From Prasinococcaceae sp. CCMP 1430 (Eukaryota; Plantae; Prasinodermophyta): a stretch of DNA of 8,486 nucleotides. Under the pieces are notes generated by a model. That model had not been told where the DNA came from. It did not search any database and worked only from the letters and a program-made list of their open reading frames with translations. The DNA lies in contig RQSC01000008.1 in NCBI GenBank assembly GCA_013416795.1, positions 345,571 through 354,056 on the forward strand, given 5' to 3'. Numbering within the stretch: position 1 is the stretch's first letter; every line of letters starts with the position of its first letter. The translations under genes were made by a program, and so were the position numbers. This document shows positions 7,245 to 8,486 of the stretch, piece by piece.

Positions 7245-8486
7245 TCACGCCGTCGCCGCCGCGAGGCCGCCCTCGGGCCTCTTGTCGGTGAACACGAAGG
7301 CGCCGTGCGCCGTCTCGGTGACCGCCAGGCACTTCGTGAGCACGCGCCACGTGGCCTTGTGCACAGGCGTGGGATCGTACAGGTAGAGGTGCGGGAAGGC
7401 CTCCTTGAGCGCTTTGGTGGCCTTCTCGGCGTGGTAGTGGGGGATGGTGTGGTTGACGTGGTGGGCGACGTGCGTGGAGCCAATCCTGTGGTGGAGGAAG
7501 TCCAGAATGCCCCAGTAGGGCCTGTCGATGGTCAGGAAGGCGCCCTTGACCCAGTTCCAGTCCTCGTCGTCGTAGTGCGGCACGTCCACGTCCGTGTGCT
7601 GCAGCCACGTGTAGAGCACCAGCCAGAAGTTGGTGAAGAGGTAGGGCAGGCCGTACGCGCAGAGGACCTTGGCCGCGCCCACCTGGGCGCCCCACGCGGC
7701 GAGCGCCGCGAGCGTGGCGACGACGCCCACGTCGGAGAACCACACCTTGCGCTTGTAGGCGCCGGGGAAGAGGCAGTGGCGCCCCTGCTCGCCCATGGTC
7801 GGCACGAAGTGGTTGGTCTGGCCGCGAACGGGCCCGCCGCTCGCGCCGGCGAGCAGGTAGGCGGGCCAGCCGAAGAGGAAGACGATGATCGAGTTGAAGA
7901 GCGCCCACGGCCCCTCGCCGATGGATTCCTTCACGTTGAAGCCCAGGTCGCCCTTGGCCGTGCCGGCCACCGCCGGCACGTGCGTCTCGCCCTCGGTGAG
8001 GTGGTTGGTGCGCGCGTGGTGCACGGCGTGCGAGCGCTGCCACGAGAAGTACGGCACCAGCAGCGCCGAGTGCAGCATGTAGCCCACGGCGTCCTGCAGC
8101 TTGCGGTTGTCGCTGAAGGCGCCGTGGCCGCACTCGTGCGCGACGACCCAGCAGCCGGTCGCCGCCGTGCCCGTCACGAAGCCGTAGAGCAGCCACGCGG
8201 GCGCGGCCGCCCAGGTGAGGGGGATGAGGCCGCACGCGCCCACGGCGAAGCACGCGAGCGTGATGGCGGTGGAGGTCGCGGCGAAGGCGAGCGAGCGCAG
8301 CGTGTCCTTCTCGAAGCACTCGTCCGGGATGGCCGCGTACACCTCGGACTTCTTGGGGTAGGCGCTGAGCGGCAGCTCGGCGTTGCGCAGGGCTTTGCCC
8401 TCGAGCCCGCCCAGGTCGAAGTGCGTGCCCGCGGGCGCCTCCGCGACGACGGTCCCCGCGGCGGCCGCGCTCGCGGCCGCGCGCCG
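7245..8486 (-). CDS. FAD6: Membrane-bound fatty acid desaturase, delta-12/omega-6 (FAD2-like) family, resembling the diatom plastidial PtFAD6 type; 5'-partial, with an N-terminal extension
   Basis: Three His boxes: HECGH (8138-8124), HAVHH (8030-8016), HVAHH (7472-7458). Family motifs LVPYFSWQRSH, GETHVP, GWPAYLLAGASGG, WLVLYTWLQHTD, TIDRPY and YDPTP. The frame is open to the window edge (RRAAASAAAAGTVVAEAPAGTHFDLGGLEGKALRNAELPLSAYPKKSEV precedes the ORF-track start), with stop TGA at 7247-7245. The symbol is used in the diatom PtFAD6 sense, from recalled similarity rather than a search; regiospecificity cannot be read from sequence. Confidence 0.93.
   Translation of the reverse strand, partial: RRAAASAAAAGTVVAEAPAGTHFDLGGLEGKALRNAELPLSAYPKKSEVYAAIPDECFEKDTLRSLAFAATSTAITLACFAVGACGLIPLTWAAAPAWLLYGFVTGTAATGCWVVAHECGHGAFSDNRKLQDAVGYMLHSALLVPYFSWQRSHAVHHARTNHLTEGETHVPAVAGTAKGDLGFNVKESIGEGPWALFNSIIVFLFGWPAYLLAGASGGPVRGQTNHFVPTMGEQGRHCLFPGAYKRKVWFSDVGVVATLAALAAWGAQVGAAKVLCAYGLPYLFTNFWLVLYTWLQHTDVDVPHYDDEDWNWVKGAFLTIDRPYWGILDFLHHRIGSTHVAHHVNHTIPHYHAEKATKALKEAFPHLYLYDPTPVHKATWRVLTKCLAVTETAHGAFVFTDKRPEGGLAAATA

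Noticed and set aside
5117-8319. Long minus-strand ORFs 5117-7483 (788 aa) and 6457-8319 (620 aa)
   Set aside because: Shadow or alternative frames of the PPR and desaturase genes. They are Arg/Ala/Pro/Gly-rich with no recognisable motifs, and explained by high GC3.
1-8486. The four genes as a functional cluster or novel multi-gene system (membrane tether, Ca2+ sensor, RNA nuclease, desaturase)
   Set aside because: Two suspected joins (~4580 and 5227) separate them. Only the PPR and desaturase pair is contiguous, and nothing beyond possible shared plastid targeting links those two.
1-8486. Bacterial origin suggested by high GC, high gene density and GTG-started ORFs
   Set aside because: A long regular P-class PPR-Smr protein, a golgin-like rod and a transit-peptide-like extension all point to a eukaryote. 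No Shine-Dalgarno or operon pattern was seen.

Overview
Very GC-rich, apparently intron-free eukaryotic sequence, most likely from a photosynthetic alga; a red-lineage secondary-plastid alga is a weak guess from the desaturase. It holds four real coding regions. (1) A 5'-partial giant Ala/Glu-rich coiled-coil protein on + (3 to ~4577), punctuated six times by a basic A[VI]xKGK motif. (2) A fragment of a tandem-module EF-hand protein on - (~4578-5225). (3) A 5'-partial P-class PPR protein with a C-terminal Smr domain on + (5228-7057). (4) A 5'-partial delta-12/omega-6-family fatty acid desaturase on - (7245 to beyond 8486). Two discontinuities matter. At ~4580 genes 1 and 2 butt tail-to-tail with no stop codon and no intergenic DNA. 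A single N at 5227 has genes 2 and 3 both open into it, and third-position GC steps up across it. The window is therefore probably a mosaic of two or three pieces, and gene neighbourhood across these joins should not be over-read. I found no convincing new multi-gene system. The best leads are the algal PPR-SMR protein and the KGK-motif coiled-coil (TNO1/golgin-like). Most other listed ORFs are shadow frames caused by high GC3.
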